Below, one piece after another: positions 38,252 to 51,274 of a stretch of DNA of 64,000 nt. The position numbers were made by a program, and so were the translations under genes. The stretch is taken from positions 118,172,001-118,236,000 of the forward strand of contig NC_043001.1 in the NCBI RefSeq assembly GCF_006345805.1. Direction: 5' to 3'. How positions within the stretch are numbered: position 1 is the first letter of the stretch; each line of letters starts with the position of its first letter. The notes below the pieces were generated by a model, which saw nothing but the letters and a program-made list of their open reading frames with translations, was not told the origin of the DNA and ran no database searches. Source of the stretch: Octopus sinensis (taxonomy: Eukaryota).

Positions 38252-38423
38252 TTTTTTTGGTGGATTATGTCTGTTGTATTCCTCTCCCCATAGTTTAGCA
38301 TCCATTTGCAGCTTGACATCTTCAAAATAAACACTCCTGTCAACATCTTCCAAATAACGCTTTGCAACATAGTTCTGAGCATGTTTCCAGTCACCGTGAT
38401 GAGTAAATTTGGAGAGCTTCTTC
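38252..38423 (-). CDS. EEF2K: eEF2 kinase exon 3/11
   Basis: ttccag|G KKLSKFTHHGDWKHAQNYVAKRYLEDVDRSVYFEDVKLQMDAKLWGEEYNRHNPPKK|gtaag. Contains the catalytic VAK lysine. Confidence 0.95.
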
Positions 38424-39329
38424 CTGGAAATTATAAAATTACAAATGATATTACCTGTGTATGAAATACAATTAAAGCCAGCTGTTAAAACAGCAGTCTC
38501 TCATATTGCACACAAGCATCCTTAAATGAAATAATGGAAATGAGCAAGAATTTATAACAAGTCTTGACTTCAGATTAGTCAAAAATACAAATACAATCAG
38601 AACTGTAAAATATTGAATTACTACTGACATCCTTTGGACAAGAAAGCAACAATGTAAATATTCAGCAGCTAACTACCAATAACTTGCAGACATCAACTTG
38701 CATTTAATTAGAATCATGAAGCCAACAGTACCAGAAAATTAAGTAGAATAGCAATGATTGGAATAAATTCTGCTATCACAGAAATTTGAATATTTTCCAA
38801 TGGGATGAGAAATGTTTGATAGTCAAAATTCTATTACAGAAGAGAAAGTTGCCTTTTAGCAAACTTAGTAGAGATTAAAGCAAATATAAACATTTATCTT
38901 GCTAAACAAGACAATGAAATTTTGAAATTCTTATTTGAAGTGTTTCATGAAATCTTTTATGGCTGCATTTGCTATGAAGTTAGAAGTATTAATGTAGGTA
39001 TGAATTAGAACATATGTAAACAAAATTAGAATAAGAAATATAAATTCAAATATGAAGGTGCTTTATACAGTTTTGAGTAAAAATATAGAAAAAAAAAACA
39101 AGATTTTGAATTTTTTGCAAGTTCTTCAAGCAGCAACAAAAACATTTCATAGCTCCCAGTTAAAGTTTAAAAAGTATATCATCATAAATATATTTTATGA
39201 TCTGGAACTTTGAAAACATCTTCCAAAACTGATATACCAATCTTGTCTCTTTCAACAGCAAAACAATCATTACTCATGTCAAGAAAACACTACCACACCA
39301 CACCTACTTAAACACGAGTGACACATAAC

Positions 39330-39945
39330 TACAGCCCTCATGACTACTCCAAATGGTGGATATCGCAATCACCAAGGACTGTATTTAGGTGTAAACATAT
39401 CCTTAGCATAGCTAGGGCCACACACAGTGATTGAACAATCTCTTCAGGTCCAGAGAATACTTCTGCCTCCAACAATTATTGAAATATTCAAAGAGCAGTT
39501 AAGGTCTGCAAGTGAATATTTCTCTTGACATCTGAGACAGTGCTGTTGTTGCACACACAGACACCATAGACTGCACCCAGAAGAGCCTTCCCCAACAACT
39601 GAGTGGTATGAAGTCACTCACAGACACACTTTAGTCACTGTCTTCTCTTTATGCCTTTTCCACTGCAACTATAATGGTCTCTGTTCTTTGGAGTTGGCTG
39701 AAATTATATCAGCTCCACTCAAACATCCCAACCAAACACATTCATCTCTATTCCTTCTCCTCTTGCCCCACCCTGATTTGTGTTAAACACCCTAGACCCT
39801 ACACAAACCATTATGCCCAGTTCTTCATTCCCAGAGAGTCATCCCCCTGGAACTCCCTCTCTGCCCATATCTTTTCTGTAAGTGTTGACTTGCAATGCTT
39901 CAAGATGAACGTTAATAGCAACAATCTCACTAGTCTCAGTGAGCT
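39330..39945 (+). mobile_element. CR1/L2-group LINE 3' remnant
   Basis: YAQFFIPRESSPWNSLSAHIFSVSVDLQCFKMNVN resembles SFFPRT..WNSLP...DLQ.FK..VN. A related fragment at about 40620-40900 reads LYKAQVKPAMEYCS.NWG...DCTQKRA. Confidence 0.55.
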
Positions 39946-40419
39946 AGAGAAGGCTATGGAAATTACCTCCTCCTTCAGATCCAACAGAAAAAATCCAGCT
40001 TTGTTTCAGTTTGGGAAAAAAATTAGAAAATACAAAAACAAAAAACTTCATTTCCAACATCATTTTATCTGTTTAGCATAACTGATTGAAAGATTTCTTT
40101 CATTTGCTTATCTTCCTGAATACTAATACCAGTATTTATCATACACCATAATTATATACCGGAACCAGTACAGTGGTCTCTCTTACATATACTGACCCTT
40201 GGTTCAGATACTCAGATGGTGTCCTCACCTCACTTGTGATCAGTTTACCTTTCAAAACAACAATGTATATTCAACTAATCAGACAGTCCTCTACGGTAGC
40301 CACAGATGCTTCATTTTTAACCGTTCATGATTCACTGTTGTACACCATCACACATCTAACATCTGTATCATGCTGTCTATCTTATGGAGAAGGAGAGAAA
40401 GATGATAAAATAAACTCAC

Positions 40420-40457
40420 AGTCGGAAACACTGTCTCATAGCACCTCGGTTGAATGA
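40420..40457 (-). CDS. EEF2K: eEF2 kinase exon 2/11 (38-nt exon, P-loop)
   Basis: tttgtag|TCA TTC AAC CGA GGT GCT ATG AGA CAG TGT TTC CGA CT|gtgagt = SFNRGAMRQCFR(L). Compare human PFGRGAMRECFR. Not in the ORF track. Confidence 0.93.
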
Positions 40458-41716
40458 CTACAAAATAGAAAATATCAGAAAGAAAAAAGAAAATAAGTTG
40501 GCTAGATGAATAAATAAACATAATTAAATATCAAGTTTCTTATATGAATAATAAAAGATCAGATTTTAGATCATTTTCCATTCATGTTCAGCTAGTTTTA
40601 CAGTTAATCACTAAATGAAATAAAGATCTATAAAACCAGTTTTCAAATCCAATTACTGTAGCAGTAAGCTGAGACACACATCTACTAGAACAATAGGACC
40701 ACACCCCAATGACAAGCACTTTTCTTCCATCCCCAACAATTATCATCACTATACAAAGCTCAGGTAAAACCTGCAATGGAATATTGCTCCTAGAACTGGG
40801 GCAGTGTTGCTGCTGTACACACACACACACACACACACACACAACATAGACTGCACTCAGAAAAGAGCCACTCAACTGATTGTCTACTATAGGTAACTTT
40901 GCCACAAAAGTTTGGTGTCTGCTCTTTACCAAGTCAATGAACTGAAGTAATGCAGTCTTGAAACTATAGATTTGAACTCACAAGCAATGAGCTATCCACA
41001 TTGTTAGTCTTGTCTCTAAAGCTCACAGGAATAAGTTACCTTTTTCCAAATAATCATACTTCAAAGTAAGATTTTCTTTTTCTCATTAAACAGCACAAGA
41101 TGAACCTTTGAAAATTAATTTTCAAAACATCCAAAAATAATTATCTTTCTGAAGTATGTTAAAACTACATAAATGAAATCTAAAAGTTTTTTTTTATTGA
41201 TTTCATTGCTTAACTGATGTATGTGATCTACACCATTACTAAAAAATCTGGTGATTTTCAATTCATTTTAGGATTTCCTGATGAAAGTATCCAACTGTCT
41301 ACTCAAAATCTTTTGTATATCTACCTGCATGAAATTTTCAAAACATCTATTCACAGAACACAAACCAATTTTATTTTATGAATGTTATTAGGCCTGCAAG
41401 AATTTGGTTACTGCAGAATGGTTACAAAAATATAAAAGAAATAGATTAAGAAAGAAATGCTATTTTATGATTTTTTTTTTTTTTTACTTCACAGTTTACT
41501 ATCACACTCATGTTTAATTATTTTTTTCAGCTCTGTTTTAATTTCTTTTATTGATTTTGTTTGATTTTTGTGTTTTGAAAACAATTTTTAGAAGACATTA
41601 AATCTGAATATTCAGCATACAGGAACAAAAACCCAATAAAAACAAATGTGAACAAAAAATAAAATTGCCCACATTTTAATATCATAATGCTTTAATTTTA
41701 ATTGTTTCATAATTAC

Positions 41717-42109
41717 CTTACTATCAACTTTCACTTGCACAACATCATCAGACCATCTTTTCTTCAATGCATTGTACCGATATCTTGTAACATTCTCAAT
41801 TTTGAGATCTTCCAGGTGGAATTTAGCCCAAGGATCAGTGAGGTTCTTGATCTTTTGAAAAGCAGTGAACCAGTGGCGTTGAGCTTTACTTCGATATTTC
41901 TCAGGAGCAGCTTTCACCTTCAAATAATTAAGATTGAGGGTGCCATTAGCCTTCGATAGCCTTCGCTGTCGTAATGACATAAGAGCTTTTGGGCGATCAT
42001 CTTCAATCTTTCTTTGAACAACGTTGCTGTTTTCATTATCAGATTCAGAATCGGAGATATCAGTTATTGGAAACAGGAAAAAATTGCTTTCGCTCTCGTA
42101 CAATGGCAT
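41717..42109 (-). CDS. EEF2K: eEF2 kinase first coding exon (1/11)
   Basis: MPLYESES...RHWFTAFQKIKNLTDPWAKFHLEDLKIENVTRYRYNALKKRWSDDVVQVKVDSK|gtaat. Contains the CaM-binding Trp and DPW motif. An acceptor tttcag| at 42282 implies an untranslated part 42110-42281 and an upstream non-coding exon. Confidence 0.92.
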
Positions 42110-45100
42110 CTTGGCAAAGGGATTCTTTGGTGATGATCTTTAGTATGTTATAAACCAACAATCAAAGTCATACTAGTTCAAAACACTGTAAGATAGAGCC
42201 ACTTATATAATCTTGGTAGAGGCTCACAGGTCATGTGATATTCAGAGTTATCTAACCTATGACCGTGGAATATCATAGAGACTGAAACAGAAACAAAATG
42301 CAAATTATTTTTTATTCATTTTATTTTTTGTTAAAAATCAAAATTACAATTACATTTAACCAGTAGAAACTTCTGGTTTTCAGCAAAGAAGGGATTAGCT
42401 GTTTCTTTTTGCAATGACCTACTTTTGATTTCTTTATACATTTGCCCCATGGACCACATGTATATTTTTCTAACATATAAAAATATCCCCACATATCCCT
42501 CACTACCATTCCCATCAATGGCAATTCTTATGTAAGCAAAAGTTAAATAAATCAAGGCACCATCAACTGTTCAATAGTCCAGAGACGCATTAAATTCAAA
42601 AACTTTTTGCAGAGAAAGATCCAAGGCCCACAGTGAATATCTCAGTGGTCCAATTGTAGCTGACCCCTGCTCTATGCAGTCACCTGACGTATTAGAAATA
42701 GTAGCCAAATCTCTCTCAAGTCAAACTTTACCATCTTAAAAATGGGAAGAACACAGATAATGTAGTCCTGAATAACCTTAGAAAGGCAATATTGTCACAG
42801 TGGAAAACTTTTCATTATATGTCTGCTTGATCGAGGCTGACCAGGGTTAACCAACATCAACAACTGGTTTTCAACTTTTAGTTAAAGAAGGACTATGTTT
42901 CACAAATTTGAGACCTACTTCAGTTGCTACTTTTTATCATAAATTCATATCGTAATAAAAGATTAATGCTCACTGCACAGAGAAAATTAAATAAACACAG
43001 CAATAAAAATTAACTAAAGTCTCAAACTGAGAGTTTGAAAAAAATCTCACATGTGGAATATGAATATAACAATAAAACCATACACCCACAATATATATTC
43101 CATATATTCAAAGCCATCGTAACTGCATTGTAGCCTCTTCCATCACCCCATAAATGGGATTAAAGTGTTCATATATATTTATTCATTGACAGCAATAAAT
43201 ACATTATCACTCAGTTCCTAGACTGTAAAGACCTCAGGCAACTGCCTAGTGTAGTCATGCCATAGGATGATACTGAATATAATGGCATTAAAAGAATTCT
43301 CTTCAAGAAGCCATACACATTTACATTATTGGTTTACCAAGTACTCTTGATTGTGTAATTAGATATTATATATAATATAGTGAACTTTGTTTCTTAGCCC
43401 CGTTTCAGTGACACATTTCTTAGATGTAGACTATGAAGATTTAATTCACTTTTGGTAATCCCATTAAAAAATTTCTACCATAAACAATGCTAGGAATTTT
43501 AGAGGCAGAAACACTCAATCATTAACACCTCCAAACTGGATTAGTAGTTTACTGATACTGAAAAAAACAAAAGATGAAATTGGCATGAAAAGTATTTGAA
43601 CTCAGAACTTAAAAGTGCAGTAGCAAATATTGCAAGACATCTTGTTTGATGCTTTAACAATTTTACTAATCCACTGCATTAAATAGCTATATTAATAATA
43701 CCCTTAAGTATACATGTCACTGAACAACTGAACAAAGATAGCATATTACCTCTAAGGGTCAATGTAATAAGTTCCACTCGATTCAAAGCAAAAACATCAC
43801 AACCACAAAGTTGAAGGGACAGACTCAACAGAATGCCAGACAAGCCAACCAAAGCAAAACATCCACAGCTCATATACCATCAACAGTACCACCCAATATA
43901 CTGAACCTCTAAAATTATTTATCCTGTCTAGATATGTAGTGTTGCATTTCACTGTTGTAAGCAGTGGTAACATAACACAGCAGGTGAATGTGGTTTTAAC
44001 ATATGTCAGTATTGAATTAAAATCCTTCTTGGGCAGCTTTGAGGGGAATAAATTGGATCGAGTGACTGTCCCTGGATAATTCCACCTGATACAAAATCTT
44101 TAAGTAGTGTCCATACAATCCACAAGAATTCATAGTTTATGCTAAACTAATGGTATTTAGAATAAAGACTATTTGCCAACATGATGTGGCTGTCCTGGAA
44201 CGGAAGGTTGTTATTGTTGTTTAGCCCCAGGAAACTGTTTCCAGCTGGCTATACGACAATATCTGTGTCCTTATATTTTTGAACAGGGAATCCAACACCC
44301 CAGCCAGCACAAAGCAACATCTGTGGACCAGTTTTGGGGTTATTGCCCTTTATCAATACAGAGCAGCTGCTTGGCTAGGTGGCGCTGCTGAATTCCCATT
44401 CGAAAATATATAGTTTTCAAAGTATTTAGATTATTTTCTCAATTACCTAGAGGCAAAGCAAGGCTGTGTGGTTACAAAATATGCTCTGCAACTATATGGT
44501 TTCAAGTTTAAAATCCCAACGCTCAAAATCTTAGGTGTATTCAACCAGAACATCAAATTGATTAAAGCTTCGTAAGTACGGAGACTGTACATATGTCCAG
44601 TTTAAACACCAAGCCCTTGGGTGCCTTCAACAAAGATCACTCTACTGTAAGCTTCTGAGCTAAGACTTTGGTCTTACTATAAAATCCTCCCTTTGGTTTT
44701 CCATTGCCATTGGCACTACACTCTTTCTGTCTCAGCCATTAAAAAAGAATATGTTTTGTCTTACTTTAATTTCCCAAACAACTAGCCTTTGTAGCAGCAG
44801 TTCTCATATTTAGATATTAAACACAAATTATCTATGATTCTTCTCAGTATTCCAGAGCTCTCCTAACTTATTTTTCTCAATATATTCTACTGTTAGAGAG
44901 TTCGGAGATCTTTCAATATCACAAAGTATTACAGTGATTGAATAATAACAAAATGACAGAAGCAATTCTAATGTTTTGTGCAGAATGTCAATTGCTTAGC
45001 AATCAGCATCATACTTTGGCAGGGGCTCCCCACAATCTTTCTACTGGGGATAAGTAGTAGTCTACAGGTAAGCTGAATTAAGTAATTTGCTTGGGAAAAG

Positions 45101-45319
45101 TCCAGGAATTTTTTTGCTCTCTAAAATTTATCCAGTTCATTTTAAAAAGAGAATTCAATATATTTATACCTGATAGTGGCAGTAATGATATTACTTCATA
45201 TTTTTAACATTGTTGTTCTTTGTGGTATTTCTGTACCACTGGTCGAAAATACCCAAGTGTCATTATGTATTTCCTAGGTATTCTTTTTAATGTTTACACC
45301 ATTCTATGTTAATTCACAA

Positions 45320-45482
45320 ATACTGTGTGCATGCATATGGGTGTGTGTGTGTATGAATGGGTATGTGTGTGTATGGGTGTGTGTGTGTATGAATGGGTGT
45401 GTGCATATGGGTGTGTGTGTGTATGAATGGGTGTGTCTGTGTATATGCATGGGTGTGTGTGTGTGTATGCATGGGTGTGTAT
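45320..45482. repeat. Compound (GT)n/ATGAATGG microsatellite
   Basis: Repeated gtgtgtgtatgaatgg / gcatatgg units. Confidence 0.85.
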
Positions 45483-48400
45483 CTCTGCTAATCATTTTAA
45501 ATCTGGCTATACTGGTAAGACTGTTTCACTGATGAAATTAAGACTAAAAATACATCCAAGAGTTGTCACTGTACTACCAAAGATATTTCTCATTCCCTGC
45601 TATTTTTAATGTTTACTAATTTAAAATTTGTAGTTACCTCATCTGTTTTGTTTTTTTTTTGTTTTTTGGATGATAATTATCAAGCTAATGGCTTTGGCTG
45701 CTCATGGGAGTAAATGTGAATTACAGTTTCTTAGCTCACTACAGAGCTCCAACTTTACAATATATTTATAATTGTCAAAGTTTAATGAGCTATTCTAGTT
45801 GTAGCAAAATGAGAATGACAAGCTAAACTTTTGATATCAATGTGCCAAACCACGTGGTTGTTATAGTGTCACCAAATTAAGGGATCAGCATCCTAACTCA
45901 GTAACCAGATCAAAGGTAGCACATGTGAAGTGTTTCTATGACAACAATTAAATGATACATCATTAAAATTTCACTTTAGACAATAAGAATTCAACACCTT
46001 AGACAAACCAACTGAAACCTTGTGAGTGGATCTCATAGACAGAAACTGAAAGAAAGCTTGCATGTGTCTGTACATGTGTTAATATTTGTACTTCTCCAGA
46101 AATTATAAGCCACAAGCCATGATGCCAGTTCTCCTGTCAACAAATCATCCACTGATTTGTATCTTCAAAGACATACAAAATAAAAAAAATCCATCCTTGA
46201 AAAATGATACAGTTGTCTGATGCTTGCACAGAAAAGAAAGGACATCAAACAAATCTAGATACCACAATGAAATAAGATCCTTCCCTTCAAAACCTAGTTC
46301 CATAGAGAAGCTGATGCTATGGGAGTCAAATAGTCTTCATGAGGAATCGCAACAATCAAGACTAAATGTTCCAATTCTTTGAACAACAGAGAGAGAATTA
46401 GGACTGGATAAAACAAAGATTAACTAAACCTGGGTATGTAATTTTTTTAGCTCAAAGTTGCCACTAAGTGAATATAACTATGACCAGGCGTGCATTCTAG
46501 CCAGTCCTAGCAGACTATATTTCTCAACACTTCCAGTCTTACTTCTTTAAAACTGTAGGATGTAATCTGAGAAACATTTGGGCCACTATTTCTTGCACAT
46601 TGGATGACTACATAGAGGCCCCCTAACCCAATTCAAGAGAAATGGAAAGTAAAATCAATTCTGGTGAGATCTGAACTGAAAACGTACAATACGAAAATCA
46701 ATGCTGGCAAAGTATTTTAGGATGACAAGAACTGGAGGACGGGGTGGGCAATTCAGCCTCAAGTCTGTAGAACACAAATAAATAAAAGCAGTTTAAACCA
46801 TAAGACCAAAGCAGCAATTTAATTTAAATTATATACCCTTGAATGTGAAGAATTAAACATTCATTATCTTAATCGCAGTAAATGCACCCAACAGATTCGT
46901 ATGCATTTGCAGTTCTACCCCCAGGACTTAGGAAAAGAAATCCTTTCTCAGCCGTCAGCTAAAATTACTGAGCTAACAACAAATAGACAAAACAAAAAAA
47001 TCCTATTCTATGACTGCGTGGGGCGATGGGCTCAGTAGTAGTTCAGTGCCAGATCAACCCTTAAGTCAAAAGTATTCCAGCCGTGACCATCACATCTAAC
47101 ATTCCGGCACAGTGGATCTAATTACATTATCCAAGGTGTTCTTCCTCTTTTCTAAGGCAATAGGGTCTGATCTAAGGGAGATTTACTTACTTTTCTAACA
47201 TCACGCTAGAATTGTGGAGTGACCCACCTATGGCTCAATAATAGAAAGCTGATTTAGACTAAAATTATTTACGTTTCTGAGTTTAAATCATGCGAAAATC
47301 GATTGGCTTTTTTAGCTGGGTAGAATCGATAAAATACGCATATGGAACATTCTGGAGTATAAATGTGGTGAATACAAGACGAACATCTAAAGTCACGTGG
47401 ATTTATTGACCACACAACTAGTTTTTCAATAGAAGAGTTTGCTTGTTTGTTTTTTTAATTTGCTTTCTTGTTCATTGTTAAGCAAGCAATTTAATAATAA
47501 TATAAAGGAAAACAAGACGATGCCAAGAGTTCAAATGTTGCCAAATTCGCTTTTGCCTTTCATTCTTCTGGAGTTCGGTAATGTAAAGTACGAGCGAAGT
47601 ACTAGGATTAGGGTAATCTTGGCAAGCATTTACAGTCCACAAACCCTTGTCCACAAACTAGTCTTAGGCTGATGTCCTAAATGGCTTATCCAAATTTGCA
47701 GCCTTGTGCCAAAGATGAAACCAATACTTCAAGCGGTGATGTAAACAGACAAAGACCTCCACTAAATAAACAGATTATATAATTGCATTCAGTAAAATGC
47801 AATCATCACATTCAAAATAAAGTAATTCATAATTATTATAGTTAATAATAAATTAATACTAATGATGCACAAAAACCGTTTGACGATTTAAAAAAATATT
47901 CTCTTACTTAAAATTTGGATGCACGGAATAAATTAAAACCGAGATTTAACACGTGTCTGTTCCTTTTAATAGTGAACACAAAAAAATGTTTATTTTTTTG
48001 GTACTAATTTTATTGACTGTGCGCGGGGAAAATGCCGAGATGATCTTCAGCAGAATCGGAAAAACAAATGTGCAACAACGAACTGATGACGTCTTCATCT
48101 CTCCCCCTCTTTACGACAGAATCCTGCACTTCAACATATGACATCAATATATGCAAGCGATGTTAAGATTAATGCACGGATTACCATTAACAACTTATTT
48201 CCCTTCTTTCTGGCTAGTTTTTTTTTATTATTTTGTTAGGGTACATATTGGATCAACAAATCTTGGCAAGCACATAGAGTTCAAAACCTTGTCCACAAAC
48301 TTAGTCTTTACCATACTGGTATTTATGGACTTAGGCTGTGATGTCCTAAATCACTTATCCAACGTGGAGCAAGTACCGAAGGTGGATCCCCCCACCACAC

Positions 48401-49066
48401 ACACCGAAAACCCTTCTGATTCGCCTCTAGCTTTGAAAACTGATATCATATATTCTAACATAATGCATGGTTGCTCCATACTTTTATAATTATTCAAAAA
48501 ATTGCTTTTTATCATTTAAACGATGGATATAATTAAGCTGGTGGAAGCCACAAGGCGGAACATAAGGAACATAAGAGACCGTTTTCTTTTAAACACATGT
48601 AAGTCAGTTAGCGAGTGCATGTAACTTTTGCAGGCCCTCTTGGAGGGATACAGCAAGTTAAAAACAAAAGGATGGGTGGGGCTCGGAGGTGGAGCCCCGG
48701 GATCGGCTGTGAATGCTTATAATACAATGAACTCTACTAAAAGTGCCCGACACGGCGGTCCACCTAATCCCAGACCATGTTTTTTTTTTCTCAAACATCT
48801 GTAATTTTCAATTCTCACATTTTGTAGGAAATTTTCACGTCAACTTTAAACAGAATATTTATAAAGCTATATTCTCAGTTTGTTTTTATGCATCTTCTAG
48901 TAAACACTGGTGTGTACTATAAAATCATGACAATTCTGTTGACACAGACTCACACTCGGTGTAATTGGAGGGGGAGAGGTGAGCAATGATTTAACAGTGC
49001 GTCCCCGTGCACTAAGATCTTTGCTACGTGACTGTTTCACACACACACACACACACACAGACAGAG

Positions 49067-49276
49067 GAGTGGGTGCTGAAAAGTTCCTGGCTTTAAGGGT
49101 GTCGCGAAAAGCCTGGTTGGCGGCGCAAACTTTCGAGTTCTTTTAGTGCTTAGAAAAACTGAAGGTCTGCTGCAATAAGTGTGTGAATCATAGAAGAATA
49201 TGTTGAATAAAATCACAATTAACTGATCCTCCAGTATTTTCTTTTACCCAAAGCCAGGAACTTTTCAGCACCACTC
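49067..49276. mobile_element. Mariner-derived MITE, about 210 bp
   Basis: TIRs gagtgggtgctgaaaagttcctggcttt and aaagccaggaacttttcagcaccactc differ by one indel. The gctgaaaagttc core is shared with the mariner end at 10453. Confidence 0.85.
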
Positions 49277-50299
49277 GCGCGAGCGTGTGAAGCAAAGACT
49301 AATTTCTTTAGTTTGAAATTTAAAAATTTATGAAAGTGCTATAAGATGGGTTCGGGAGTATAAGGACCGGAGAACATTGGTACTCACCCCAGTCTTCGAC
49401 ATGTGGCGTCTACCACCCAGTCAACACGGAAAAATGCAAGCTGTTACAAACTTTCTATTTACAATAACAAGTATTAAAGGATCCGGGAGGCAGCAGCCAG
49501 AAAATACATGTAGTTTTTTATTTTCTGTAGACGAAAGGACTGGGGTAATGTCGTGAAATAACAGAAAACCAGCTACGAGTAACCGTCCATGTTTGTGTAA
49601 TTAAAAAAACATAGAATTAAATATTTTTCTTCAATAGAGCAAAATTGTAATCCAAGCGACTACTCCTCAAAATATGCCAGCAAACACACTCGTTTACGAA
49701 CATAATGTGCTTCACGTCCCTCCCATTACACAATTATAAGTATTAAAACTTAAATTTCTCTTCTCATGGCTCTGGATTCACGACACTTAAGATAAATAAT
49801 TCAAACTCCTAAGACACAAACAGAATTACTTACAGCAATGTGTAACGCACTGTCGATGATCCACATGGAAACTACAACCGAAGAAGTGAACTATCTAAAT
49901 ACTAGTTTATTTAAATTGCCCTCCACTTAAAAGCATCTGTACCGAGTTTTGTTGGTTGTTTTTCTTTTAAATCTAATTACTGCCATCAAATTGATACTTT
50001 CTACTTAAAGAGCAAAATAAATAATAGTTAAGTTTTGGCAATAATCCAAATATCTGCTAAATAATCACACAGCCTGACTTGTATTTTGTTTTGGGAGTAA
50101 ACAAAAAAAGCATCTTTGCAGAAAAAAAATTTTTTTAATTAAATCGCCGATACAACTTAATATTATGCGTTAGCTACAAGACACGGGGAAGTTGTGGTGT
50201 TCATACCTTCCTCAACAACAAATCCAATAAGTAAGTGCTATTTGTGAAACTTAAGTATGTAATGGTATTTGGCAACAGTTCTGCACCAAAAATACTCAC

Positions 50300-50460
50300 C
50301 ACTTTACTTGTCAGCAGAAGATGTAAAGTAAATAAAGAGTATCGGAGACGACAGCTCGAGAGAAATGCAGCGATAAGTGTGTGTGACTAGGTTTTCTAAC
50401 CATATATAGCGAAGTGAGTGGTTAGCTGGCGGGTAGTAGGCAAGTAGACACACGTGCTTG
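50300..50460 (-). promoter_or_regulatory. Candidate non-coding first exon/promoter of EEF2K
   Basis: Consensus donor GTG|GTGAGT at 50299 on the gene strand, with CACGTG and a TATA-like ctatatatgg upstream. No transcript evidence. Confidence 0.3.
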
Positions 50461-50649
50461 ACAAATCAATATGCAGACACAGATTGTATACAAACAGCAG
50501 AACAAAACAAATCGTCACTACCAACTCAACTCGCAATATCAGGGAACCATAACATAGTATTTTGTACTTATTTATCAACTTTCTTTTGCCCGGGAGCAAT
50601 TACAGAGTCTGGTGGAGCCATACTATTTTCAACACAGAAATATGTTTAA

Positions 50650-51274
50650 ATAAAATTTAATGACCCATCGGGGAGCAACAAATAGCGGCCAAATTATAAG
50701 TACTGATCTTTTGAAAAGAAGGAACATGTTAGATACATTGAAATAAAGACAGGATAGCCATGATTGGAATATTTTTCGACCATAGATTTGCTTACTGGAA
50801 TCTATGACTGGCTAAACAGCAACGAATAAAAGTTGTGTAAGAACGAAGCTAAATAACAACACAAGTTGTGCAGGGGTAGAGCAAAACAACAAATACAAGC
50901 TGTGTGCAACAATTAACTTAAAAGCATAACGAGCACTGTTGTTGATTCACATTTGTGGGGAATTTTAGATATTGTGAATCAACAACAGTGCTCGTTATGC
51001 TTTTAAGTTAATTGTTGCACACAGCTTGTATTTGTTGTTTTGCTCTACCCCTGCACAACTTGTGTTGTTATTTAGCTTCGTTCTTACACAACTTTTATTC
51101 GTTGCTGTTTAGCCAGTCATAGATTCCAGTAAGCAAATCTATGGTCGAAAAATATTCCAATCATGGCTATCCTGTCTTTATTTCAATGTATCTAACATGT
51201 TCCTTCTTTTCAAAAGATCAGTACTTATAATTTGGCCGCTATTTGTTGCTCCCCGATGGGTCATTAAATTTTAT
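50650..51274. repeat. Perfect long inverted repeat: 302-bp arms, 21-nt spacer
   Basis: 50650-50951 is the reverse complement of 50973-51274 with no mismatch found on manual comparison. The coordinate sums are equal (101924), so there is no indel. Confidence 0.97.
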
